From IMG/VR virus record IMGVR_UViG_3300043177_000122, positions 224,001 to 288,000 of that record: DNA of 64,000 nucleotides; one strand, written 5' to 3'. This stretch comes from a virus (lineage: Duplodnaviria > Caudoviricetes). A program made the translations under genes and the position numbers. Shown piece after piece: positions 37,201 to 45,963 of this stretch (the stretch's first letter is position 1; each line of letters opens with the position of its first letter). Under the pieces are notes generated by a model. It had not been told where the DNA came from, searched no databases, and saw only the letters and a list, made by a program, of their open reading frames with translations.

Positions 37201-38827
37201 AATTATTGACATCAATAATGATTCACTCTCAATACCTTTTGTTCAGGAACAGTATAATTTTAACAACTATGATGTAAACTGGGCAGTCTGTATAAATAAG
37301 AGTGGTGATTATGATGCTATTCCATTATTGGACTTTGACGCCAGCCTTGGAAATCCAAGCAACACTGCCAGAACATTTACTGCATTTGATGTAGTAAGCT
37401 CTACTTCATATGTAATACCAGCAACTACATTCTCAGATTTAATTAACAAAAGAACAGATTTAACTATTCTATACATAGTATCTTCATTTGTTTCTGGTTC
37501 TGGTACATCTGCTACCATCTCATTACAATCTGTAGATGCTAGAAAGTTCATCTATAAAAAAGATTGGGGCGAGATTGCTACATTTTGTGTTGATGCAAAT
37601 AATGGTGAGTTTAGAACATTTGATGCTTTAGAAACATGGATTAACTTTAATTCAAAATACAATAGTTTAATACATGTCAAAGGTACATTTACTGATATAC
37701 CAACTTCACTTACATACAATAATCCAGTAAGATTTGTTGGTGACGGTACAACGGTATTTAGCCCAATTAACTCTCTCTCGGTTCTAAATGTTGAGTTTAG
37801 AAATATTACATTAAATGTTAACACATTTGATTTTAATGGTGCCCCAATGGATAGATGCATCATTAATTTCAATCCAACTCCAAGTGGACATTTAGTTACA
37901 TTAAACACATTAATTACTAATACCACAATTAATTTTTCTGGTAGTGGTGGCCCAATCAATTTCTTAGCTAATACTAGACTAGAGAATGTAACGATCAATA
38001 TTACGGGCTCTAATGAAATGGTTACACTAAGTGGTTGTATAGCTAAAGACTGTACATTTAATGTAACTGGTACCAACTGTACGCTAACAATTGATTCTAA
38101 TGCTATTGTTGATGCATGTACATTTAATTTGAATGTAAGTAGTACAACTTGGAGTGTTCTAGGCACCATGACTAACAGTACTGTAAACTTCAATGCTGTT
38201 GGTACTCAGCTTCCTATTACTGCAAGCAGCTCTTCTACTACAGGATTTAATTTCTCTGGGAATAGACTTATTGTTAACTCTGCCTCCACACCACCAAGCT
38301 CTATTGTATCTGTAGTAAATGGATCTAACGGCAATATAGTTGATAACTTTTTCTTTAGATCTGGAACAACGCTTACCAATGGATATATTTTAGCACCGGC
38401 AACAGGAACGGTATCTGTTGTTGGAAACTTCTTTGATAGCACCACCTATAATGGTACTGACCTTAATTTAGTTAAGAATCTACCATTAACATGGGTTTAT
38501 AGAAGTAATTTAAATACTCCAACTATGGTAAATCTACGTAGAATTACCGGTGGTAGCACATATACTGTCGTTCCAGTTGATCATGTTTTGTCTTTTGATT
38601 TAACAAGCAGTGCTATGACAGTTAATTTACCGTCAGTTAGTTTGGGCCCACCAGGTCGTACACTAGTTATTAAAGATGCTACAGGTAACGCAGATATTAG
38701 GCCAATTACATTAGTTAGAGCTAATTCAGACGAAACTATCGAAGGTTTAGCAGCAAATTATGTGTATAATATTCCATTCGGATCTATTACATTAGTAGCA
38801 GATTCTGGTGGATGGGTTATAATATGA
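34289..38827 (+). CDS. Large tailspike/appendage protein with C-terminal beta-helix-like region
   Basis: 1512 aa; Asn/Cys-ladder repeats (NVTINITG, DCTFNVTG, ACTFNLNV) and the shared C-terminal fibre module. Confidence 0.65.
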   Translation: MSNYPNGFDDDSTLPVVNDNLTEIGGDAINALRDAVFQIEQALGLNIAGVAPSLAARLGVFINPDGTPNASVLTSLGLVTLPIRNDQIVEAAGIPESKLRLDFRTQDLFNYIRDLSLDINATLGWINTQGIKLEPHLIGAIYRHTMDQIDVSASTSGFLSNVFRTLRDNTQSYTLVKDINAELLAHQWADGSPFGVEKNIVTNNGSIYTTDFAHVGSGIFINPSRFNNIPQTLDNLQLFAEFIDSASIFLLGTRIQNLYSAGISRVSESSNLTVDGYGQFLVPPTAASAFLLNVGNASGPFDDINTGDDIVVFNPSSALQANNYFDSLFALVKPGDIIRVHYGDGYNIEVPYVIREKKYNPTVGNKKYAVRIAGKNQAYSPNAIARIDKPLANNNKYGELSISPVNNQFSATPSLIINNPRGAQATGVGFAPDQFDETHYLLYLAFYPTGHAVDGYVFLPGIDVTGNQGTTPGAYTLESIVQATNNAFRKVGYNYRFTAFSSGGEFGICLADSYNNSAFSIISTAIAPDGSIDTLSNNINFPKNVISIVPTVGTVAADPLGFGPTGSGVASPPFMTSYGSSAAALNPTKLFIPLRRNNYYVNGSETERLAKEDSQALDGYGDGYWVATVQDIQVQPGRVQTTYRIPLNLDTSGLKIGKTIVVQSLGAGNLVDFGRYIIQSVNINCATNVYTDITVYDSVHAKGFSPTSTLQPFSQVAVYFGSDSVSFSTESSTDYTVVTPFKRHFEVYVDQNGKTFTHERGRLTLAGGNITVNGTTLYGYSQLNKLDIVTISPKLRGYQFGSVNKISLRMFSFSSTTGVFDGYLASYDGTNFTHFGPRTQGKKGDVIRFYDETHVDYIDVVMDPNTVITDFSDQIIDFQLFPTLQLDTELMLIGTCQVNDTTQTVSKIVDRRQFGNTSEKDLSDSVFDYMAVPEKLLHSNGVIRGFDIFNVYDGAAGIINFTGGVVLVDGKIIDINNDSLSIPFVQEQYNFNNYDVNWAVCINKSGDYDAIPLLDFDASLGNPSNTARTFTAFDVVSSTSYVIPATTFSDLINKRTDLTILYIVSSFVSGSGTSATISLQSVDARKFIYKKDWGEIATFCVDANNGEFRTFDALETWINFNSKYNSLIHVKGTFTDIPTSLTYNNPVRFVGDGTTVFSPINSLSVLNVEFRNITLNVNTFDFNGAPMDRCIINFNPTPSGHLVTLNTLITNTTINFSGSGGPINFLANTRLENVTINITGSNEMVTLSGCIAKDCTFNVTGTNCTLTIDSNAIVDACTFNLNVSSTTWSVLGTMTNSTVNFNAVGTQLPITASSSSTTGFNFSGNRLIVNSASTPPSSIVSVVNGSNGNIVDNFFFRSGTTLTNGYILAPATGTVSVVGNFFDSTTYNGTDLNLVKNLPLTWVYRSNLNTPTMVNLRRITGGSTYTVVPVDHVLSFDLTSSAMTVNLPSVSLGPPGRTLVIKDATGNADIRPITLVRANSDETIEGLAANYVYNIPFGSITLVADSGGWVII

Positions 38828-38837
38828 AAGGTATAAA

Positions 38838-39932
38838 ATGAGTAGCCCTAGACTTTTCAAACAATTTTTCAGCACACCAACCTCTGTATTAGGGGCAGGG
38901 GGAATTCTTTACACAACAGTAACGTCAGCATCAAATAACGTTGTATTGCCAACTGGAACAATTAATGTTACTTCTACCTCTGGATTTCCAACTAGTGGAC
39001 AGATAGGCGTACAAGTTATCATTAATTTTTCTTATGCTTATGTGACAGTTAGTTACACTGGAATTACAGCTACTAGTTTTACGGGTTGTACAGGTGGTAC
39101 TGGTACTATGGTTACTGGTTCTCAAATTGGTGCAATTGGTTCAATTATAACTGGTACATGGACTTGTCCAGCGGGTATTAAGTATGCTATTGTTACTGGG
39201 TGTGGCGGTGGTGGAGGTGGAGGCGGTGGTGCTAGCTCATCTGGAAGAAGCATTACTTATTTTGCAGGTGGAGGCAGTGGAGGACACCCAGCACCTACGT
39301 TAACCCAAATAATTTCTGTAACACCCGGTGTTACTTATACAATTTCTGTAGGTCAGGGAGGTATCGGGGGAACTTCCAACTGTGTAGCTAATATTGTAAG
39401 CCCATCTGGTGGTGGTACAAAACCAGGAAATCCTGGTTCAGACGGATCTTCTAGTATATTCGGCTCTACTATTTTCCCTGGTGGGAAAGGTGGTAGAGAA
39501 GGTCAATTGATTTCAATCAATACTCTTACATTTCCAGTAGGGGCTGACTGTGCTAATGCGGCTTTCTCTGGTGCTACGAACCCAACTCCACAAAATATCC
39601 AAATGGCAGCAGAACGTGCACCTTTTACTCCATTCAATGCTGTACAGGGTATAGCTCATGCTGTTAACCGCGCCCCTAACCAGTATTCGTTGTCTGGCGG
39701 AGGAACTGCTGGAGGGGTATCTAACAATGTTTTGTCAACTGCTGGAAGTGGCGGACAAGGCGCACAAGGATTTGATGGATATCCATTCGCTGGCTATGGA
39801 GGTAATGGTACCTATGGTGGCGGTGGCGGTGGTGCAGGTGGTGGTGAAAACTGGGACTATAATAACACCCATGATGGTGGTCTCGGTGGCTGGGGAGGAT
39901 CCGGCTTTATTGAAGTTGCATGGATGGCATAA
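38838..39932 (+). CDS. Glycine-rich tail fibre protein
   Basis: TWTCPAG...GCGGGGGGGG and further poly-Gly blocks. Confidence 0.65.
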   Translation: MSSPRLFKQFFSTPTSVLGAGGILYTTVTSASNNVVLPTGTINVTSTSGFPTSGQIGVQVIINFSYAYVTVSYTGITATSFTGCTGGTGTMVTGSQIGAIGSIITGTWTCPAGIKYAIVTGCGGGGGGGGGASSSGRSITYFAGGGSGGHPAPTLTQIISVTPGVTYTISVGQGGIGGTSNCVANIVSPSGGGTKPGNPGSDGSSSIFGSTIFPGGKGGREGQLISINTLTFPVGADCANAAFSGATNPTPQNIQMAAERAPFTPFNAVQGIAHAVNRAPNQYSLSGGGTAGGVSNNVLSTAGSGGQGAQGFDGYPFAGYGGNGTYGGGGGGAGGGENWDYNNTHDGGLGGWGGSGFIEVAWMA

Positions 39933-40312
39933 TGAAATACATTGCATATAAAACGGCACAAAACGACCCTAATTTACCAAACGGGTTTATTACTGAGCAT
40001 TTTGAAACAGATCAAGAAACTTTAGAAGGATATAATGTTGTTTCTTTAGAAGTTTTTAATGCAATATACCAAAATAATGTTGCTCTTGTTAGAGCCGCGG
40101 AAGCAGCTAGAGGAATTGTCCCTCAGCATCCGGGCCTACCAACTCCATTAATTAGACCAGCTTCTGATGTTGAACAAGTCCCTGCAAATTTTGTTCCGCC
40201 ACCTACTCAAGCTCCAGGATTACCACAATCAGTTGATCCAAACAATCAAGAACTATTTAATCAGTTTTTGGCCTGGGTAGCTGCTGGAAAGCCTTCAGCT
40301 AGTAACACATAA
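39932..40312 (+). CDS. Small fibre-associated protein (possible chaperone)
   Basis: TAATG overlap gives start 39932; Pro-rich C-terminus. Confidence 0.5.
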   Translation: MKYIAYKTAQNDPNLPNGFITEHFETDQETLEGYNVVSLEVFNAIYQNNVALVRAAEAARGIVPQHPGLPTPLIRPASDVEQVPANFVPPPTQAPGLPQSVDPNNQELFNQFLAWVAAGKPSASNT

Positions 40313-40326
40313 TTTGACATTTATAT

Positions 40327-41154
40327 ATGTCCTCTAATAATTTCTTTAGATCAGATCTCTTTGGAATATACAATATCATCCAAGCTTCGATGATTGTTTA
40401 TCCTAAAGAAATCATCATTGCAACATTGCGTGATTTCTTTTCTAAGGATAGCTATTATCACTTCTCAAAGGATCAATGGGGATTTCCTAATACAGTAGAT
40501 CACACAGATCTGCCTCCAGGAGCAGATTTACCACACGGTCCCGGTGCCCACCCGGAACTAAACCCTAATCCGATTCTACCAACTCGTCTTTTTATTGGTG
40601 AGAATTATCGTTATGACGGTATTTTTTATCCAGCAATTTTAGTTAAGAGTGGTGGCAGTCGTTATGTTCCTATTTCTATTAATCGCGATCAGGGTATGGT
40701 CAAATATGATAATATCTTATATGTTGATGGATATGGTAATGAAACAATTGTCAGAAAACCAATTGCCTTTTGTACCTCTGGTGTTTGGGAAGGGTCGATA
40801 ATTATTGATGTAATGAGTCGCAGTTTAAGAGCTAGAGATGACTTAGTAGAATTGATTGGAATGTGCTTTACAGAAGTACATTTTGATACTCTTCATGAAA
40901 TAGGAATTGTAGTCAAACCAATTTCAATTGGTGCCCCATCTGAAACAGATGACCGAGTTGATAAGTTATTTAGGCAAAGTCTAACGTTAGATATAAGAAC
41001 TGAATGGGCAAGAGAAATACCGATTTCAAATACAATCGATGCCATTCTCTTTACAGCTAGTTTTGGTGATTTGTCAGCGCCAAACAGTCCATTAGCCGCT
41101 AACTTGACGGTGAATACAGAAGTAAACACCTCAGATATGCTACTAAAACTGTAA
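40327..41154 (+). CDS. Putative tail terminator/completion protein
   Basis: Immediately upstream of the sheath; YPAILVK...IDVMSRSLRARDDLVELI pattern. Confidence 0.55.
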   Translation: MSSNNFFRSDLFGIYNIIQASMIVYPKEIIIATLRDFFSKDSYYHFSKDQWGFPNTVDHTDLPPGADLPHGPGAHPELNPNPILPTRLFIGENYRYDGIFYPAILVKSGGSRYVPISINRDQGMVKYDNILYVDGYGNETIVRKPIAFCTSGVWEGSIIIDVMSRSLRARDDLVELIGMCFTEVHFDTLHEIGIVVKPISIGAPSETDDRVDKLFRQSLTLDIRTEWAREIPISNTIDAILFTASFGDLSAPNSPLAANLTVNTEVNTSDMLLKL

Positions 41155-41237
41155 AATACTGTGGCTGAATAGGGTCAAATTGAAAAGTTTAAGACACCGT
41201 AAGTCAACAAAATGTGCTAATATAGCGTCAAGGATAG

Positions 41238-41251
41238 TAATATTACTACAT
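41238..41251 (+). promoter_or_regulatory. Candidate late-promoter motif (TAAT-ATTACT-ACAT)
   Basis: Intergenic motif match upstream of the sheath gene. Confidence 0.5.
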
Positions 41252-41293
41252 TTTAGTGATACAATCCACAAAACCGAGTGAGAAGGATTTAAC

Positions 41294-44119
41294 ATGGCAA
41301 ATATACCAGGCGCAACAAATGCCTTACCAGGAGTATTCACCGACGTAATTACCCAGTCAAGTGGTGTTGCGATCCCTGGAGGTTCCCGTGTCGTAGCTAT
41401 GATCGGTCAAGGCTCGACTAGCGAAATTCTAGTTTCTCAAGCTTTAGGCAGTGGTCAAGATGGACTCAATGCTACATACACCTCAAGTTCGGGTTCTGAT
41501 GGCAGACACTTTGCTCTTGCAAATTTTCCAGTAATACAGAACCGTACAACTCTATTTAAGAATGGAGTTCCATTAGTTGGATTAGAGCTAGGCCCAATTG
41601 CTGCAAATACAACTTTTAGCTTCAAGTACGATTATCAATTAGACCCAACTACTGGACATATTCTGCTACAAGCAGCACATCTCCAAGATCAAGGTGGTTC
41701 TTTCTATACTCCGCTCAGCACAAACGTCGGTTTAGGATCAATTAATAGCTTAACTCTACAAGATAACAATTCTCCTCCTGAGACTTGGACTATCCGTTGT
41801 ATTTCTGTTCAAAGAAATCCAATGAACCAACCAATTGCTGGAACTGCAAAGTTCTTGGCTTTCGGTTCTGTATCCGGTGCTAAGTTAGATGCAAATGGTA
41901 ATCCAATTGTTTGGATTGCTAACGGCCAAACTGTAAGCAACGGTGTACTAAGCTTTAATATCACTGAAACTGCCGTATCCAACGTAGTAGTATCTCCATT
42001 CCGTGAGGGTGATGCTTTCACTATCATCGTTGCTAGTGGAGTTCTAGTTCGTGGAGACTCTCTCACTGCCACCGTTATCCCGCTACAAAATATCAACAAC
42101 CCAACTTTAGTTCAGGGCATTTCTGATATCACAAATTTCAGTGGTCCAGCCAGTTTAACCAATAACCTAAGCTTAGGTGGTCAGTTACTATTCGCTAACG
42201 GCGCATCTTCTATGATTGCTGTTCAGGCCGCTCCTCCACTACCAAGAAGAACTTCTTACGTAATGGATCCTTCTGTTGATGCTCTATCAACTAACGTAGA
42301 TGAATTTATCTTTCCATTCCCAATTGGTGTCGCTCCAGATTTGAATGCTAACATTCATTTCTTTGTAACTAATCCAACTACTCAAGTTGAAACTCAGTTA
42401 CTACCTAATAAGCACCCATATTATACTCTAGGAACCGCCGGAAATCCAACTACAACTCAGTTTGTTTTCAGCGATCTACAACCTCCTTCTGGTTACTCCT
42501 TCGGTTATAGCGTTATCCAAAGTTTTGAAACTGTGGTTACTGGGTTTGATGGTTATGTTGGTAGATTGCCTGCTTTCGGCACACAAGCAGTTTTCCATGC
42601 TGAGAGTGGAAATTTTGATTCTACTTTCGTTGGCAAATTGCTAAAGATTATTGAATCCAATAATAAAGCAAACATTGGAACTTTCCAGATTACTGGAGTT
42701 TCTAATGGTCAACTGAGTATTCAAACCATTACAACAGGTCAGCCGGGATATCCAACTCCATTTCCAAGCTCAACTGGATTCCCAGACTTTGTTTCACAAA
42801 CGAGCACAGCTTTTGAATTAATTCAAATTTCAACCGGATTACCAGTTGCTGGAAAATCTGGAACTGATGGTACTTTAGTTGCTCTATTGAATACTGCCCA
42901 GGGCACTTTAACTAGCACTGCGATAAATTTCAATATTCCTAACTTGATTACCAATTATAGGTTAAAGATTAATGGATCATCTGTTGGGAATGATGGGCTT
43001 TATGATATCATTGGATATGATGCATTTACCAATACACTTACATTGCAAATGGCTTTCGTAAGTGAGAGTAATACTAGATACGAAGTTATCGATCCTCTTG
43101 ATGTCAGCACCTACTTAGTAGTCAACCATAACGTTGTTCCAAACGGATATCAACTAAGAGTTACTATAGTAGACGCAAGAGATGCTTCCTTCTTTGATGC
43201 TGGATGGTTAAATGCTCTAGAAGTTCTAGAAACTGTTGAATGTGATATTTTAGTTCCACTACCGAACCAAACTATGTCAGTTATCTTCCAGAATTGCTTA
43301 AGCCACTGTATTACAATGAGCAATATCGCTAATAGAAAAGAGCGTGTTTTGTTCATCGGAGCAATTCAAGGGTTGACTCCAGCTAACCTCACTGGTGCAC
43401 AACCAGCAGCAGTAGAAGATATTGGTGTTCTAGAGGGAATTCAAGGAGATAACATTACCGATATTTTGGCCGGTAACGTTGAAGACCTTGCAAACTACTC
43501 TGTATCTAATTCTTATGGCTCAACATTCCGCTGTGTATACTTCTATCCAGATCAGATTGTTGTTCAAGCAGGAGCTGAAAATGTCTTGGTTGACGGCTTC
43601 TACATCGCAGCCGCTGCAGCAGGTTATGCAAACGCAGATTTAGCTCTACAGAATCCATTTACCAATAAGGTATTTAGCGGATTTACTATCTTGAGAAACA
43701 AGACCTTCTCTTCACTAACTCTAACTCAACTAGCAGAAGCTGGTGTAACAACATTACAACCAGTAGCAGGTGGTGGAAGGGTTGTTTGGGGTATCACAAC
43801 CAGCCAGTCTGGATTCCCAGAAGAACAAGAAATCTCTATTGTCTTCATCAGAGATAGAGTTGCCAAGGTTCTACGTGCTGGATTTGCTGGATTTATCGGT
43901 ACTCCAGAAAGAGTCGATACAGCAACTCAGTTGAGCACAGAAGCAGTTATCTTGTTGAATTCTTTGATCTCACAAGGACTCATTACAGCCTTCAGAGGAT
44001 TAGCAGTTCAGAGAGACTCAGTAGATCCTCGTCAGTGGAATGTTGCAGTAAGTGTACAGCCAGTTTACCCAATTAACTGGATCTATATTAAGGTAACAGT
44101 TACTAATTTGGGAGCTTGA
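41294..44119 (+). CDS. Contractile tail sheath protein
   Basis: N-terminal LPGVFT; C-terminal EISIVFIRDRV...VQPVYPINWIYI; precedes the tube gene. Confidence 0.85.
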   Translation: MANIPGATNALPGVFTDVITQSSGVAIPGGSRVVAMIGQGSTSEILVSQALGSGQDGLNATYTSSSGSDGRHFALANFPVIQNRTTLFKNGVPLVGLELGPIAANTTFSFKYDYQLDPTTGHILLQAAHLQDQGGSFYTPLSTNVGLGSINSLTLQDNNSPPETWTIRCISVQRNPMNQPIAGTAKFLAFGSVSGAKLDANGNPIVWIANGQTVSNGVLSFNITETAVSNVVVSPFREGDAFTIIVASGVLVRGDSLTATVIPLQNINNPTLVQGISDITNFSGPASLTNNLSLGGQLLFANGASSMIAVQAAPPLPRRTSYVMDPSVDALSTNVDEFIFPFPIGVAPDLNANIHFFVTNPTTQVETQLLPNKHPYYTLGTAGNPTTTQFVFSDLQPPSGYSFGYSVIQSFETVVTGFDGYVGRLPAFGTQAVFHAESGNFDSTFVGKLLKIIESNNKANIGTFQITGVSNGQLSIQTITTGQPGYPTPFPSSTGFPDFVSQTSTAFELIQISTGLPVAGKSGTDGTLVALLNTAQGTLTSTAINFNIPNLITNYRLKINGSSVGNDGLYDIIGYDAFTNTLTLQMAFVSESNTRYEVIDPLDVSTYLVVNHNVVPNGYQLRVTIVDARDASFFDAGWLNALEVLETVECDILVPLPNQTMSVIFQNCLSHCITMSNIANRKERVLFIGAIQGLTPANLTGAQPAAVEDIGVLEGIQGDNITDILAGNVEDLANYSVSNSYGSTFRCVYFYPDQIVVQAGAENVLVDGFYIAAAAAGYANADLALQNPFTNKVFSGFTILRNKTFSSLTLTQLAEAGVTTLQPVAGGGRVVWGITTSQSGFPEEQEISIVFIRDRVAKVLRAGFAGFIGTPERVDTATQLSTEAVILLNSLISQGLITAFRGLAVQRDSVDPRQWNVAVSVQPVYPINWIYIKVTVTNLGA

Positions 44120-44147
44120 TATATAATATCTTAGGGAGTTAAATAAT

Positions 44148-44831
44148 ATGGTTACAGGCTATCCACAAACAGGTTCACTACTTAATCTAGGTGACGGATT
44201 TGGTACTAATACTACCAATACTGCAATTTCAACTAACATCTTATTAGCTGTTAGAACTCCAAGCGGTTATCAACCAATTGGTGCAGTTCAATCTATGGCA
44301 ATCTCTGAGAAGAGAGCAATTAAGATGATTGATGAAGTTGGAACTGATGGTCATATTGATTCTGTACCACACCAATCAACTAACGTATCTGGAACTTGCC
44401 AAAGAGTAAGATTCCAAAAGCTAAGAGTAGCAGAAGCTTTTGATAGAGGCTTTTTGCATGTCGCATCTCAAGTTTATCCTTTTGATATTATCATTTTTGA
44501 TAAACAAAAGTTTCAGGTAAATGCTCAAGTAACTACAATTATCAAGAACGTATGGATCTCTGGTATTGATTATACTTATCAAGTAAGTGATTGGGTAATT
44601 ACTGACAGCTTAACTTGGGAAGCAGAGCACATTTACAGCACAGTAAACGGTGGCCCCGCTGCTGTTGGTGGACAGAACAACTTGTACAAGCCATTTGGTG
44701 GTGCATCCAATCCAAACTGGATTGAATCTCAGACTGATACTGGTGCAGGTGGTAGAAGAGGATCTCTTGATGCTGCTGGTCTAATTGATATTGGATCTGG
44801 TCAATATCCAGGTTCTACCGGAATCTTCTAA
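44148..44831 (+). CDS. Tail tube protein
   Basis: Follows the sheath; IGAVQSMAISEKR...EVG; IKNVWISGIDYTY pattern. Confidence 0.75.
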   Translation: MVTGYPQTGSLLNLGDGFGTNTTNTAISTNILLAVRTPSGYQPIGAVQSMAISEKRAIKMIDEVGTDGHIDSVPHQSTNVSGTCQRVRFQKLRVAEAFDRGFLHVASQVYPFDIIIFDKQKFQVNAQVTTIIKNVWISGIDYTYQVSDWVITDSLTWEAEHIYSTVNGGPAAVGGQNNLYKPFGGASNPNWIESQTDTGAGGRRGSLDAAGLIDIGSGQYPGSTGIF

Positions 44832-44860
44832 TCCTTTCTAATATCTCAAAACTCTTCATA

Positions 44861-44902
44861 AAGTACCCTGCTTGATATATAATCATAGCAGGGTATTTAT
44901 TT
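44861..44902 (+). terminator. Terminator hairpin with the TGATATAT motif in its apical part
   Basis: AAGTACCCTGCT-TGAT-ATATA-ATCA-T-AGCAGGGTATTT followed by a T-rich tract. Confidence 0.7.
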
Positions 44903-44915
44903 TGTGGAGTTAATT

Positions 44916-45599
44916 ATGCCAAAGTTTGATAGTCCAATTGGAAGTAAACAGTTTTCAGGTCCCCCAATGAGGGAATTTAATGTGCCAGATGATAGTGGTT
45001 ATGATCAACCATCTCCAATGCCACAGCGCCCCCAACGTCATATGCATGAAACGCCTACATTTGATGAAACCTCTATGAGAGAATTCCAGGCTCAAATGCA
45101 ACCTAATTTCCCGCAACCAGTTAGAGATTTAACTGATGTAGAGAAAGATATTCTAGCTGTTAAAAAGGCCAAGAGAGAGGGCAAAGAACGATTGTCTGAT
45201 GGCGCTAGAAGACGTATTGAGATATTAATTGGTATGACGCGCCTGTCTAAAGATGTTGAAATTGGTGGGCAGATGTACAAATTACAAACATTAACATCAC
45301 AAGAGTTGCGAGATGCCGTTGTGGCCACTGCCGAATTCGATGGGTCAGTGCAATTTATCTTTGAAAATCGTAAACAGTTACTAGCTCGTTCACTAGTGGT
45401 AGTAGCAGGAGTTCGAATTGAAGAGTTTTTACATTCCTACGATTTAGAGGCTCGTTTAGAGTTCATTGAGCTGATGGACCATGCTCTGCTCCTCCGTCTC
45501 TTTACAGAATATAATAATTTAGCTATGGAAGCGCAAAATAAGTATAACCCAAAGACCGAGGAGCAGGTTAAGGAGGTTGTTGACGACTTAAAAAAATAA
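44916..45599 (+). CDS. Tail assembly chaperone (G-like)
   Basis: GGAG RBS gives start 44916; lies between tube and tape measure; ends at a slippery A7. Confidence 0.75.
   Translation: MPKFDSPIGSKQFSGPPMREFNVPDDSGYDQPSPMPQRPQRHMHETPTFDETSMREFQAQMQPNFPQPVRDLTDVEKDILAVKKAKREGKERLSDGARRRIEILIGMTRLSKDVEIGGQMYKLQTLTSQELRDAVVATAEFDGSVQFIFENRKQLLARSLVVVAGVRIEEFLHSYDLEARLEFIELMDHALLLRLFTEYNNLAMEAQNKYNPKTEEQVKEVVDDLKK
45571..45596 (+). promoter_or_regulatory. Programmed -1 ribosomal frameshift signal
   Basis: A-AAA-AAA at 45590-45596 with AGGAGG 13 nt upstream; the -1 frame reads K-I-M-N-E-P into the next ORF. Confidence 0.75.
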
Positions 45600-45958
45600 T
45601 GAATGAACCGGAGCATCGTTTCATATGGCATCTATGTAAGATGTATCATAAGTTACCGATTGACCCGTTCATTACAGAGATGGACCCGGTTCTAAAATTA
45701 TGGCTTTATTATAACTGGCTGGGCGACCATCGAGATGATGCGGAACTAGCTAAAAATCACGCATATCTATTGGGGTCATTCTGGAATTCAGAAGCAGTAC
45801 AACAGCTTATAAATGATAATGTTCATGAATCCAGCGATGAAGATATGGAAGAGTCTATGAGAATGGTTACGGAAGGCTTACCTGGTGTATTTGAAGTGCA
45901 GGAAGATAAACCGCCCCCAAGAAGAAAACGCAGAGCAACTTTAAAGGAAACAAGGTAA
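45599..45958 (+). CDS. Tail assembly chaperone C-terminal extension (T-like)
   Basis: In the -1 frame relative to the upstream chaperone, directly before the tape measure gene. Confidence 0.7.
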   Translation: MNEPEHRFIWHLCKMYHKLPIDPFITEMDPVLKLWLYYNWLGDHRDDAELAKNHAYLLGSFWNSEAVQQLINDNVHESSDEDMEESMRMVTEGLPGVFEVQEDKPPPRRKRRATLKETR

Positions 45959-45963
45959 ATTAA

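Noticed and set aside
41176-41212. Antisense sigma70 promoter (TTGACT-17-TTCAAT) facing the tail terminator gene
   Set aside because: Weak -10 and no downstream minus-strand gene; expected by chance in AT-rich DNA.
68-44915. ORF-track starts at 68, 7305, 8763, 17105, 18711, 23033, 25075, 28471, 33675, 39920 and 44904
   Set aside because: Downstream starts fit better by RBS, stop/start overlap or promoter position.
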